From: Chrysemys picta bellii
Taxonomy: Eukaryota
Length of the DNA stretch: 64,000 nt
Assembly: GCF_011386835.1 (NCBI RefSeq)
Contig: NC_088814.1
Location: 11,346,001 to 11,410,000 of the forward strand
Reading direction: 5' to 3'
The notes under the pieces are model-generated. The model ran no database searches and was not told where the DNA came from. It saw nothing but the letters and a program-made list of their open reading frames with translations. This document shows positions 23,168 to 36,181 of the stretch, piece after piece (the first letter of the stretch is position 1; the number at the start of each line of letters is the position of its first letter). The position numbers were made by a program, and so were the translations under genes.

Positions 23168-24059
23168 ACATTTTCAAAGGCTTGCAGTGCTGGAGCTGAC
23201 ACTCCTCCTTGATGCTAGCTGTTAATAATGCGTCTAATAGTCAAACCAGCAACTCCAGTCATGCCCATTGACGTTTCTTGCTCTCTATGGGAAGTTCATC
23301 AGAAGCAGACGGGTAGATAAGATAACAGATGTTGCATCCCTGGTTGACAAGAAATGTTACCTTGGTGACAAGGCCCTGGCTTTCCCTGCACTGACATTGG
23401 CATAACTCCATTGACTTCTATAGAGCTGGCCCCCTGTTTTTAAATGAGAGCAGAACCAGACCCAGTGCAAACTTATGATATCTCATAATAAAGCCAGAGG
23501 GAAACCCAGATTGAGAGAGAACAAAAGAACAAACTGGGATGCCAAGCAACACAGCCCGGTTTGTGATGTCTGTGCCCACGCTTAGCCACACTGCTCTGAG
23601 AACCTGCCCTAATATGGATCCCAGCTTCCCCGCCCCACACTGGAGAACCCCTTTATGCTGACAGGGAAGTGATGCCCATTCCAGTCCCATTTTGGAATGG
23701 TTAATAGGACAGTGTCTAGCTAGCACGGTTCTCATTTTTCCTTCGATTGCTGTGTCTCTGTCTATTCAGAACATGTCATTTCTGGGCTCATTGGGACCAT
23801 GGGTCCCGCTGCTTTGGTCTTGTGACTGTTCAGTCCCTCTAATGCTTTGCACTTGCAGTGGTCAGTGTACCCACAGCGGTCACTGCAATCTCTCCCTTGA
23901 GGCCTGGTCTCAGTTTAGACGGCTAGGGTGGTGTCTCCCACGCACCCGAGTGGGAAATGTGGGGAAAACACTGATATTTGAATGGACACCACCGGGTCCA
24001 GATTTCTTTCTTGAGGCACTTTGGGCACATTCGTAAGCTAAGCTCCAAAACGGCATCCT

Positions 24060-24220
24060 GCTATGTTATCACTCCCATTTTATAGGTGGGAAACTGAGGC
24101 ACATTAAGGTGCAGTGTTTTACCAAAGGTCACCTACCAAGTCTGTGGGCAGACTTGGGAATGGAACGCAGCACTCCTGATTCTCACGCCCCACCCTGCTC
24201 TAACTACTAGACACACTGGC
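24060..24220 (-). mobile_element. MIR-like CORE-SINE remnant (similar pieces near 21270, 35280, 37050, 60090, 60570)
   Basis: CCCATTTTATAGGTGGGAAACTGAGGCAC...AAGGTCAC core motif. Confidence 0.7.
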
Positions 24221-24538
24221 ATAGTGCTGCAAAGCAAGGAAACGGCCAGACGGACAAGAGCCTCTCCAGCCTTGAAGAACTAACCAGCTGGCAGGAACAA
24301 TGCAATACAAAACAATGGCAAGGTGGCATGTGGAATCCAGTGTGTCTCTGCCATGCCTCTAAAGAAGTCAATAGAATTACCCCATGGTCTTTAGAACTGA
24401 CACACTCAGGTTCAGCTGCTGGTGAGGTTGTTGACTGTACTTGTTTTAGAGGAACAGTTAGTAAACTCCCGGCTATATCCCCACCTTCACCTCCAGAGCG
24501 CCTTTTGAGGATGGGCTAAGGGAAATGTTTACCCAGAT

Positions 24539-24661
24539 CAGGACTGGCTCTAGGCACCAGCAAACCAAGCACATGCTTGGGGCAGCACAATTCCAGGGGC
24601 GGCATTCCGGGAGGTTTTTCTTTTTTTGCTTGGGGCTGCAAAAAACCTAGAGCCGGCCCTG
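24539..24661. mobile_element. hAT-type MITE, same family as 4376
   Basis: CAGGACTGGCTCTAG / CTAGAGCCGGCCCTG; exact TSD ACCCAGAT. Confidence 0.9.
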
Positions 24662-26812
24662 ACCCAGATCCAGTAGCCCCAAACCCCACCCCTAAAGGCA
24701 CCTTCGGGGACACAACCCTACAGGATAGAGGGACATGCATGCCTCCCAGTCACATGGGTGACTTTCACCCTTGGGGAAGAGATCACTAACAGATGTCCCT
24801 CAGTCACTATACCCTGGACCAAGTCTACATAAACATCTTTGATAATTACCATGCAGTTACAGATATCCATGCTCTTCCCCCGCCCAGCTGAATCATAGCG
24901 TTTACACCCAGGCTTCATCGTTAACCCAGGTGATGAGGCATTTAGCAGTTCCTCTTGTCCCAGGCACGATTGGCATGCCACGTGATTCAAACTCATTAAT
25001 CTTCTCCGTTACAGAAACACTGCAACTTTTCACACACAAAAAACTCTGCCCGGGGAAGTCTGCTCATGGAGAAATCGTCCCAGTGCCCCTCTGCCTTTCA
25101 TTTCCAAAGTAGATTATCATAAATATTACAGGTAAATGAAAGTCCCATTAAAATAACATTCCTCAGATCTGAAGTGTACTGAACAAATCAACTGTGTTCT
25201 GTTTTTCTGAATGATGAAGAGATGAATGCTGACCTTCCCCCAACCTCCTCTTTTTCAGCTGTTTGCTGAATACATATTAGGCATTTAAATATCATATTTG
25301 CAAGGAGCTAAATCCACCAGTGATGCCTCTGTTTATGACTTGAATTATGCATGCACTACTGCAAGCTAGATTTTATACTAAGTCCGTGGTGAACTCCTGC
25401 CACTCACATAAGCCATGGGTGGGTGTTTCAGGGCTGGGCTGAATCTCGGAGGGCTGATTGTTGTCGAGCCTGCTCCTGAATTAAGAAGGAGCAGAACAGT
25501 TTATAATGTATCATTACTTGTGTTACAGTAGTAGCTAGAGGCTCTGATTGAGTTCCAGGCCCCCTTGTGCAAGGCGCTGTACAAACCTACACTGAGAGAC
25601 AGCCCCTGCCACGAACATTTGACAGTCTAATAATAAACAAGACAAAGGGTGGGAGGTGAAGTACCATGCACAAGGCCACCCAGCAGCTCAGTGTCTGCTC
25701 AGGAATAGACCCCAGGTCTCTTGAGTCTCACTGCAGCACACTGGAAACAAGAAGAGAGGGCAGAGATTCTGTGCCAGCTCTTATCACACTGATAAAGAGG
25801 CGCGGTCGGAGTCCTGGACCTGGAACCAGGAGCTTCTCAGCTCCATTTCCAGCCCTGCTGCCCACTCACTGTTTGGCCTTCATCAAGTCACTCTCCCTCT
25901 CTGCACCTCACATTTCCCCGTGATCACTAAAATGGCTGCTGGTGTGAATGGATGCAGCTCCATTCATCTCAATGGAACCGCTCCGTTTCCTCCAGCAGAA
26001 CATTGGGCCCCTAATGTGCTAAGCATCATTATGGCCGAGGGACGAAATCTGCTAATCCCCACTGGTTTGAGGGGTGGGAGAGGCCTGGTTTTCTGGGAGA
26101 GCAGGTAGCGTCACGGGAGCACAGGCAGCGTGCCTGACCCTCCGCTGGTGTGTGAGCACCTGTGGCAGCCGTGTGCGTTTTATCAAAGATATGCACAGTG
26201 CAGGTCCACCTAGTGACCTGCTCCATCCCCATAGCAACTGCCAGGGGCTTGCTCTCCTCAGCGAAAGTGACTCAGCCACGGGAGAAGCAACTGCATTCGC
26301 ACACCAGGCTTCTTCTCCCAGATGGGTCGTATCCATCACTCCACAGCAATAGGACTTCATCTGCCAGGATCAGAATTGTGGGGCTCATGTCGCTGTCTAC
26401 AGCACCCTTCACCCATCTTTCTCCTGGCCCTACGGTTTAACCTGCCCCCAGATGCACATACCCTCCTAGCGAGACTAACCCAGTGCTCTCCACCCCCTGG
26501 CTAGGCTTCCCCACCAGCTCAGCAGGGTAGGTTCCCCTCGCCGGCTCCCTCCTAGCTGGGTTGGCATCTGTTTCTCTGCTGATTAAGCTCACTCCCTCCC
26601 CCCTGCCCCCCCCCAGGGTCTCTTCCCAGCGTGGCTGGGCTGGTTTTCCCACAGCCTGGGTCCTGGATATGACATGACTGGGGGTCACTACTCCCTCCTG
26701 GCCAGTTAGGGGTGCTACCCAGAGCTCCTCTTCTGCCTCCTTACACTCTCTGTGATCAGCCAATATCATTGTAGTAGGGCTACACTTCAAACAGAGCAGC
26801 ACAAGGCAAGAT

Positions 26813-27240
26813 GGGGAGCGAGGGGCAGCCTGGAACAAGATGGCATCCGTGCTGGGGAACGAGGGACCGCCTGGAACAAGATGGCATCCGTGCTGGGGAG
26901 CAAGCAGAAGCCTGGGAAAAGATGGAAGCCATGCTGGGGAGCGAGGGACAGCCTGGAACAAGATGGCGTCCGTGCTGGGGAGCGAGGGACAGCCTGGAAC
27001 AAGATGGCGTCTGTTCTGGGGAGCAAGCGGAAGCCTGGAACAAGATGGAAGCCATGCTGGGGAGCGAGGGACAGCCTGGAACAAGATGGCGTCCGTGCTG
27101 GGGAGCGAGGGACAGCCTGGAACAAGATGGCGTCTGTTCTGGGGAGCAAGCGGAAGCCTGGGACAAGATGGAAGCCATGCTGGGGAGCGAGGGGCAGCCT
27201 GGAACAAGATGGCGTCCGTGCTGGGGACCGAGGGGCAGCA
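26813..27240. repeat. 41-bp minisatellite, about 10.5 units, with 123-bp higher-order structure
   Basis: Units start every 41 bp (26813, 26854, 26895 ... 27223); pattern A-A'-B repeated; bracketed by GCTACACTTCAAA (26779) / TTTGAGTGTAGC (27291). Confidence 0.95.
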
Positions 27241-28661
27241 CAGGGCAAGCAGAAGGATAAAATTATCCTGATCCTGGGCCAAATGCCAGCTTTGAGTGTA
27301 GCTACAAGGCAGCCCAAGTAGCCCTGTCCCAGAGATGAGGGGAGATTTGCTTTAAAAAGTTAAGCAGACTTTTCCAACCCTCGTCAACATGGGGTTTGGT
27401 GCACATTTGGGGCAAAGGTCTGGCCCCATTTCTATGTATTGGAATTGGTTCATCCACCATTCCGCTGGCTGCTGCACTCTGAGGGAGGTGTCTCCATCCA
27501 CAAGCCAGAAGAGGTGACAGCCGGACCACGCTTGCTCCTCCCTACTGTGCACTTGGGAGTTTGCCACCCATCGTGGGGCTGGCAAAGCCACTGGCCGAGC
27601 AAGAGGTTCCATAGATGTGAGAATGACTCACCAGTGACATTTCATTTCCCATATTGATTAGAACAGAAATGAAGTTTCAGCCTGGAGGAAATTCTTTGGT
27701 AAGCAACACAGAGATGGAGGCGTGCCAGAGACACCAGAGCAGGGCGCGCATATCAAGCAGGAACCCTGAACTTTTCAGACACCACGTCTGTCTCAGTCTA
27801 TTTTTCATTCCCTTTCCCTGCTCTCTTTCCTTTACCACATCGGGGATATTTAGCTAGTTGAATTAAGTTTTTTTTCATATGAGGATCCAAAAATCACAGC
27901 ATTATAGAAACATCTTTTAGTGAGGACTCTATCAAAAAGAGACTGGAAGCAGGACGCTAATTGAGTGTTTCCTGAGGGACATTTTAGCAAGCAGTAAGTG
28001 ACATTAATATTCTTCAACTGATATTTGTGCTACTACATGAACAGGTGGGTTGATTTGCATTCCGCACACCTTGGCAAGCAGGGGAGGGGCGGGGGGAAGA
28101 GATTTTATGAGATGCTTTCAGAGTGTTTATTAACCCTCCAGCAGAGGCTAGAACACCTTAAACTCATCCACCGTCCATGTTTGACAGCTTCCTAGAGTCT
28201 TTACCGACAGGTGAGGGATCTAGCAGGAGTGGGCACCAAGTATAAATTAAGTTGAGGTTAGGGCTCCATACAGGGGCTGCGTCCAGTCTCAGCATGAGGG
28301 CGAATATTCTCCTCCCGGCAGGTCCTGCCTCTGTTCTTCTAGTCTAGTCAGGTTCTTACCTCTCATGTCTCTACAAGTAGGGAATGCCCATGGGGAGCCA
28401 ATCATTCGCCTGATTGGCTGGCACCGCACCAGCCAATGATCTGATAGGCCCTGGAATCAGTGGCAGACTAAGAATAAGTATGTTTCTGGCAGGGCCAGGT
28501 GCTGATCACCTTGGCCGACCTAGGTTAAGCAGCAAAGCTCCCAGCCTCTCCAGGGCAGGCAGTTTCTTTACCAGTTTGTTCCTCCCCTCTTCCCCAACCA
28601 AAAAACAGCAAAGTCTCCAGCCTCATTCCCTTCAAGCAGCTCAGTCGTCTGTAAATGGTAA

Positions 28662-29523
28662 TTGGTAGATACGCTGGAGGGTAGGGATAGGATACAGAGG
28701 GACCTAGACAAATCAGAGGATTGGGCCAAAAGAAATCTGATGAGGTTCAACAAGGACAAATGCAGAGTCCTGCACTTAGGACGAAAGAATCCCATTCACT
28801 GTTACAGACTAGGGACTGAATGGCTAGGATGCAGTTCTGCAGAAAAGGACCTAGGGGTTATAATGGATGAGAAGCTGGATATGAGTCGACAGTGTGCCCT
28901 TGTTGCCAAGAAGACTAACGGCATTTTGGCCTGTATAAGTAGGGGCATTGCCAGCAGATCGAGGGACATGGTCATTCCCCTCTATTCGACATTGGTGAGG
29001 CCTCATCTGGAGTACTGTGTCCAGTTTTGGGCCCCACACTACAAGAAGGATGTGGAAAAATTGGAAAGAGTCCAGCAGAGGGCAACATAAATGATTAGAG
29101 GGCTGGAGCACATGACTTATGAGGAGAGGCTGAGGGAACTGGGATTGTTTAGTCTGTAGAAGAGAAGAATGAGGGGGGATTTGATAGCTGCTTTCAACTA
29201 CCTGAAAGGGGATTCCAAAGAGGATGGATCTAGACTGTTCTCAGTGGTAGCAGATGACAGAACAAGGAGCAATGGTCTCAAGTTGCAGTGGGTGAGGTTT
29301 AGGTTGGATATTAGGAAAAACTTTTTCACTAGGAGGGTGGTGAAGCACTGGAATGGTTACCTAGGGAGGTGGTGGAATCTCCTTCCTTAGAGGTTTTTAA
29401 GATCAGGCTTGACAAAGCCCTGGCTGGGATGATTTAGTTGGGAATTGATCCTGCTTTGAGCAGGGGTTGGACTAGATGACCTCCTGAGGTCTCTTCCAAC
29501 CCTGATATTCTATGATTCTATGA
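28662..29523 (+). mobile_element. CR1 LINE, 5'-truncated, with stops in ORF2
   Basis: [41 protein letters not shown]; tail ATTCTATGATTCTATGA. Confidence 0.96.
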
Positions 29524-30485
29524 AATGCCAAACAAACATGAAACATGGCATGCCTTCTGTCCCCTGAGCTCCCTGCCCTGGCTGTGGATCAGCAAGCCCG
29601 TCTCTCCCTCCCCCAACACAAACTCAGCCCCTTTTTATGGTTCGGAGCCTATCGGCACCCGTTTCCCTCAGTACAGGTAGACTCCCAGCTGCGACTCTGA
29701 AACCACTTGCCCTGGTTTAATCTCTAAGTCCCACGATGTGGCTCAGGCAGGCCTGGGGTGGGATTCCTCAGGGCTGTGGGGCCAGTCAATGTGTAGCATA
29801 AATACTTATTTCATTTTACCTCTTTTGAATGTGTTCCCTTTCAAATTTCAAGTGTCTCCTTCCTCTGGGGCAAGGAGAAGCACTCGATTGACTACCTCTA
29901 CCCCACACATTAAACTCCAGGCCTATAGCACCTCTCTTCTTCATTCCCTCCTTTCCAAACTAAGCTGCTCTAAAGCCTTCCAGGACTGCTGAGGAAGCTC
30001 CCTCATCCACCAGGCCCCTGATCATTTTTGACTGCCTTTCTGATTGTGTCACATCTTTGTGGAGAGGAGGTGCTCCGAGCTGAACAGAGATCTCAGGAGG
30101 AGGGCAGACCATCTGCTTTCTGCGGCAGCCTTGGGACCATTTCCACATTATTCTCTCTTCCTTTCCTCGTGCCAGGCCAGCAGCCTGTTTGCTCTTTTGA
30201 CAACCCCTGCGCACTCAGCGGACGTCTACGTCCTGTGAGGACACCTGGAGCGTGCGCCTCAGAGGTTACAACCCATTCCAAGCTCAGCTGGGTGTACCGC
30301 TAATTTAAACTGTTCGTTCCAATTAAGAAATGAAGTCGCTGAAGGGCTGTTCTGGAGCAGGTGTCAGCACGGGCACATCTATTCTTGGACTGCATCTTTA
30401 CTTTAGCAGGGATCAGCTTCCACGGCAGCCATCTGAGTTCGCTGAGGGGAGCAAACATGGGCAGACGGCTAAAATATAGGTACCT

Positions 30486-31165
30486 TGCGGCAGTGTGGTG
30501 ACTCACCGGCACGGCACCTCCTGCTGGTTGTCCAGGGAATTAGCTCTTTTCCAGGTCCGGAGCGCCCTCTGCCAGCTGATGTCTCGCCTGCCGCTGGCCC
30601 CCGTGTCCCTCCCGGACCCCGGTGCCCTTCTAGATCAGGGTTCTGCCCCCAGCAGTAACCCCACAGTCTCTGGGTCTCCCCACCCAGGGGAGCCCTCAAC
30701 CCTCTATCCTCCCCTTGCCTCAGTGGCTACTGCCAGTCACCATCTAGGCCCCGCTCCCTGGGGCAGACGGCAGTCTGTGAACTGCTCATCATCAGCAAGG
30801 GAGGTTGGACGAGCTGCTTCTCCCTATTCCTGGGCTGCCCCTCTGCAGCCCTAGACCCTTTTATGGGCCCTTAGCTTGGCCTGCAGCCTGGGGCTTAGCT
30901 AGGCTGGAGCTCCCCAGCACTGCTCCACCCTAGGTCCCCTCCTCAGCTTCCCAGGCAGCCAAGTCCTTCTCTCCCTAAAGGCTAGAGAGAGCATGTGTCT
31001 CAGTCTCTGGCCCTCAGCCCTCTTACTGGGCCAGCTGTGGCCTGACTGGGGCGTGGCCCCAGCTGTGGCTGCTTCCCCCAATCAGCCTGGCTTTTCCCCA
31101 CCACAGCCCTCTCCAGGGCGGCTTTAACCCCTTCAGGGCCGGAGCGGGATGACCACCCCGCTACA
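30486..31165 (-). mobile_element. Solo LTR (same family as 42825-43492)
   Basis: Ends ...ACCACCCCGCTACA, the reverse complement of TGTAGCGGGGTGGT; exact 5-bp TSD TACCT. Confidence 0.9.
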
Positions 31166-32477
31166 TACCTGCAATCAAAAAGAAGCAAACATCTATCTAG
31201 GAGCCTCCGCTAATGTTCACTGAAGTCAGTGGGCACCTCTCCATTGACTTCAGTGGTTGCTGGACCAAGGCCTAGATACCTATATGGCCCCTGTCACCAC
31301 AGCATCCCAGTGCCATGGAGCAATTGTTAAGACCCGGCGGGTTAACAGGGTGGTGGAAGCTGAACTAGGCTGATTTGCTAGAAGGATCATCCACTAAATC
31401 CCTCCATTGGAGTGTGGTCACAGCTGCCTTGATGGTCTCCAGACACAGCTGTATTCAGCGGGAGGGTACCCTACAATATGGGGCCCTTGGGAGTGAGCAT
31501 AACGGAGAGTCAAAGGGTGCAAAACTGTGTTGGGTGGATCCAAGAGGACCTCTCTCAAGAAAGGGAACTATGGAGTGGCTTTTCTCTCCCTCTTTGTTTC
31601 TGTGGCTGTTTGGTCTACAGGGGGGAAGTCTCGGGAGTTAGATTTGCCTTGGGAAGCCTCCAAGCAAAGGCAGTGATCAGGTGTGAGAGGAAGCGACGGG
31701 AAGTAGAGCTTCATTCTGGGCAGTTTAGGATTCTGATCTCTGCTCTCCAGTTGATTTACAGAGGTCTGAGGCTTCCATGTGATTTGCAGGGCTCTGTTGT
31801 AGGCCTGCTTCTCTTTGTGTGGTATGCCCAGCCACCTGGGGCACTTACTCGGTTCATGATTGCTTCCCCGCAGGCAATACACGAACCTGCAATTCCTTTT
31901 CTGAGGCTCTCCATGCTTGTCGCTCTCCAGGTGACATCTGCAACCGGCTGCCTTTTACAATGAAACATGGATAAACCAGGGCTTATTCCTGGGGTTCCCA
32001 ACCTAGGAGCCAGCAGCAGGTGTCGGGAGCAGCAGCCAAACATGTTGCTGCCTTTCCCAATATTGCTAAATGGGCAGGGAGTCCCAACTAGATCCCAGCT
32101 GGACAGAAGTCCAGGGGCGGGAGGGGGAGAGCTGCTAAGGAAAAGGTCAAGAACTCCTGGTTTATAGCAATCTGCCCACCCAGAGCTATGTTCTTCCACC
32201 CTGGAGACTAACATGATTGTTTTGTGAAGCTCAGCTTCCTGTTTAACTCACGCGGGACCTGCTTCACACCGTCCTGTAAGAGGGCACGTCCTGCCTGAGG
32301 GGCACCATCTGTCCAGCCTGATAAATTATCAGCCACAGCCAGATTGCTAAGGTGCCCATAGCAATAGGGACATGAAGGGAACTTCAAGGAATAACTTTGT
32401 CCCAGGGACTTTTATATCCATCACCCAAACTCAAGAAGAAACGCAATTACTCTCGGAATATGTTACTCGGGAGTTTT

Positions 32478-32810
32478 CATAGACTCAGACTTTATGGCCA
32501 GAAGGGACCATCATGATCATCTAGTCTGACCTCCTGCACGTCGCCAGCCACAGGATCTCTCCCACCCACTCCTGCAATAGCCCCAGTACCTCTGGCTGAG
32601 TTCCTGAAGTCCTCACATCATGATTTAAAGACTTCAGGTTAGAGAGGATCCTCCTTTTACTCTAGTTCAAACCAGCAAGTGACCCGTGCCCCCTGCTGCA
32701 AAGGAAGGCAAAAAACAAAAAAACAAAAAAAACCCAACAGGGTCTCTGCCAATGTGACCCGGGGGAAATTCCTTCTTGACCCCAAATATGGTAATCAGTT
32801 AGATCCGGAG
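32478..32810 (-). mobile_element. CR1 3' end
   Basis: TCATAGACTC..GGCCAGAAGGGACCATCATGATCATCTAGTCTGACC. Confidence 0.8.
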
Positions 32811-33610
32811 CATTTAATAATAAAACATTGCACTGGAGTTGAAACAGATTTGAAGAAGGAAATGCTTATACTTTAAAATATACAGCAAGAGTGTATAGAT
32901 GTTCAGTGGTGGTACAGCCCCTAGCACAGTGGGGTCTTGTTAATAATGATAATTACCACAAGCACAGGAGTCTACCTTGTAAACTCTTCTGGACAGGGGC
33001 TGTCCCTCCATGTGCATGCGTACAGCTCCCAGCACAGTGGGTTGGGCCTTCTTCTGACACTGTAATAAGTAAACAAACAAAAATCATCATAACGACAAGC
33101 CACAAAGAAAGATCACCAGAAAGACCCTTTGATTTGCCAGTGTCAACCCTTTGGCTCTTTGCCAATTTCCGGCTCCGTTTGCAGGAAGTTATCCCATCTC
33201 TTAGAAACTGCCTTTCCTGAGGCCAAACGGAGTAACCCCAAGTTCAGGTGCAGCCGCGCTTGACCTCCCAAAATCGGTATCCCATCTCCAGCTTCCACGG
33301 CTTTTATGGAGTAAGTGCTTGACCTAAAGCCCATTGGAATCAATGGGAATGTTCCCTTCATTTCTGTGGGCAGCAAATCAGACCCATATAGGTCTTAGAG
33401 TGCTCTTCTTAATCCAAAAAAAAAAGGACTGCATGACAGTGGACTTTGTGTGTACCATAGAGTCACAGAATGTAAGGCCAGATGGGACCCCCAGATCATC
33501 TAATCTGGCCTTCTGTGTGTCACAGGCCACCAAAAGTCAACAACCGAATTTAGGCCAAAGTATCAGAGCCCTCGGGAGACTGTATCATTACATGCCACAG
33601 GCAGATACTG

Positions 33611-33732
33611 TAGGGTGACTAGACAGCAACTATGAAACATTGGGACAGGAGGTGGGAGGTAATAGGAGCCTGTATAAGAAAAAGACCCAAAAAGTCTTAA
33701 AGTCTATAAAGTCGGGACATCTGGTCACCCTA
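33611..33732. mobile_element. hAT MITE (TAGGGTGACC family)
   Basis: TAGGGTGACTAGA / TCTGGTCACCCTA; degenerate TSD AGATACTG / AGACACTA. Confidence 0.8.
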
Positions 33733-35463
33733 AGACACTAGGAGGGACCAAGGTGCACCAGTGCTTGAGGCTTCTGTCGTGGCAGGGACTTGCCCAATGG
33801 GAGAGTCATGGCAGAAAAAAATTGAGGGGAGGAGCAAAATTGGGTCATTATATGGGATTGTACCATCGCCTCGAAGTTTGGGGGGGGAGGGCGGTCAGTG
33901 GAAGACATAATGGATCACAGATATATGAAGCATCAGAAAGGGGACAACTGCCCCCCACAATCCCTCTTGCCTCTCAGCAAATGACACCCCAAAGTCACCC
34001 AGCAGCAGAGCCAGGAATAGACTCAATGTCTCCTTAGTCCCAATTCAGTGCTCTCTCCTCTAGTCCACATTGCCTACCCTGTGCAACTGCTCTGTACTCC
34101 TGTTAGCCCTGCAGAGACCGCCCAGCTCTGGGGAAGAGGGATGGAGTCTATGGCAGCTTTTCAGGATTTTCAAAGGAGTTTATGGCATGTCAGCAACCAA
34201 TCTCCATTGAATTTGGCCACGTAGGGTCCATTGCCGACCCCTGCTGAAATTCACATTTTGCAGAATCTTTACTACTGAGAACGACACGTGAAAAAGAAAG
34301 AAACTAGCTTGATTTTCAGACTGGGGGAGCAGAGGAAAAAAAAGTATCTTTATGACTGGTAAACTGAGCCCATCTAATCTGGACTCAATGAAACACAAAT
34401 GAACAAGGAGCCCCACCATGCCTATTTAAAAAAAAACCAAAAAAACAAGTCACTTTTCTGAGCAGAACTACTTTTTAAACTTGACTGTTTCCAATGCGTT
34501 AGCAACCAGGCCTAAGAACATGTGATTAGAAACAAAATCCCCAGTGTTGAATTAGTATGGACTTACCTTATAATTAATTTAAGATTAACGGGAACAACTG
34601 AGTTAAGGCTCTTTAAAGATGATTAGCTAGCAAATTACAATAAAAAGGAAAGGCACAACTAAGAATAATGATAGCATACATACATTGTGATCAAAACCCA
34701 GAAATCTTGGCAAACTAAAACCTGTGTATTTATAGAGCTACATTTTCATATGCTACATGCATCCACAACAGCAGGATGTTAGCATCTTAAAGGTTTATGT
34801 AGTAGCATTAGCGCGGTTGCATGGCCCATGTGTCAAATTTTGATTGCTATTTACACGGTTAAATGTAAACATGAAAACATTATACTCCAACTATATTAAA
34901 AGAACGCTATTAAGGTTGCAAAGTCAAGCACTCAAAAATTAAGAAACACCAGAATTAAGGTTGCCCGTTTACCCTTAATTTGCCCCCCTTGTGCACATGC
35001 ATTAGGATACAGTCTTCAATTGCACGATCCCATACTATTTTCCACAGGACACCTGCCTCAATCAGTGCAAGGAATGGACTGTGCTCACTTAATGGGCAGC
35101 TATTCAATATTTTGTTTTCTCCTTCTTGTTCAACATGCAGCCGCGGGCCTTATTTACTGCTCATTATTCAAACCCTGCTCTGAATACTGAATTATTAGTT
35201 TTTCCCTGGGCTTTTCTATGGTTCTCAACACTATAGTATCAGAGAGTTTCACAAATATTAATGGATTTATTTTCACATCACTCCTGTGAGATAGGTAGTT
35301 GGTATTATCCCCTTATTTAAAAAAGGAACCAGGACATGGAGATTAAGGTCCAAAGTAGCCATTAGTTTTGGATGCCCAATTCGAGACACCTAGCACCTGA
35401 CTTTTCAGAGTATTTATATGCTGAGAGCCCAGCTCCCATTGACTTCAGTTGCAGCTGTCAGCA

Positions 35464-35663
35464 TGTAACCCTGACGGATCTCAGTCGTCAGGATTGAACC
35501 TGGGGCCTCTGGAGTTTAGTGCATGAGCCTGTACCACATGAGCTAAAAGCCACCTGGCTGTTGGCTAAGGCTGTAGAGAAGACTCATTTCATGTCTCTCT
35601 CTAAGTGGTCTCGGTGCCAGTAGATGGGACAAAACACCGCACCCAGAAGGTGTGTGGGTTACA
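35464..35663 (-). mobile_element. 200-bp TG..CA element containing a tRNA-like head (A and B boxes)
   Basis: Inverted termini TGTAACCC / GGGTTACA; minus-strand TAGCTCATGTGG (35545-35534) and GGTTCAATCC (35500-35491); flanks AGCA / AGTG. Confidence 0.65.
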
Positions 35664-36181
35664 AGTGCACTTCCACAAATGAGATCCCAGGGTCTCAAGT
35701 TAGACTCCACAAAATGAGGAACGCACCATTAGTGATCACCTGTGAAAAGCCCGGTTGAAGTAACTTGCCCCAGATCACCTAGGAACTCTGTGCCAGAGGC
35801 AGGGATAAAATCCAATTCTGCCTTAATCACGAGAGCATCCTTTCTTCTCCTGCAAGCCCTTGCCTCAGGCACTACACTCCTATCTTCTGCCACTAATGAA
35901 GCAGGGGTCCTACAAACAACTGTCTTCCTCACTACACAGCCCTCCTTCATCTCCAGAGCAGGACCTTCCTTTGCAGTGAACGAGGCAGAGTCCTGTGCAA
36001 AAAATAATATGTGATCACATCCTCAAAGACAGCCTCAAGAATGCTTAGGCACTGGAAGGCCAAATTAAGGTTGCAAGGGCAACGTTAATTCTGGCATTTC
36101 CTAACTTCTGGTGAAGCTTATCACACTGGCCATGGCTGCGTTGTGTCCCACCTTCCCCCACTGGTCTGCCTGTGTCCACAT

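Noticed and set aside
26437-27321. ORFs open in all six frames as genes, or the array as a CRISPR
   Set aside because: The 41-bp unit lacks stops and cycles through frames; there are no unique spacers or cas genes, and the DNA is vertebrate.
35480-35550. Functional tRNA gene
   Set aside because: A and B boxes are present, but there is no complete cloverleaf acceptor stem; it is embedded in a mobile-element-like unit.
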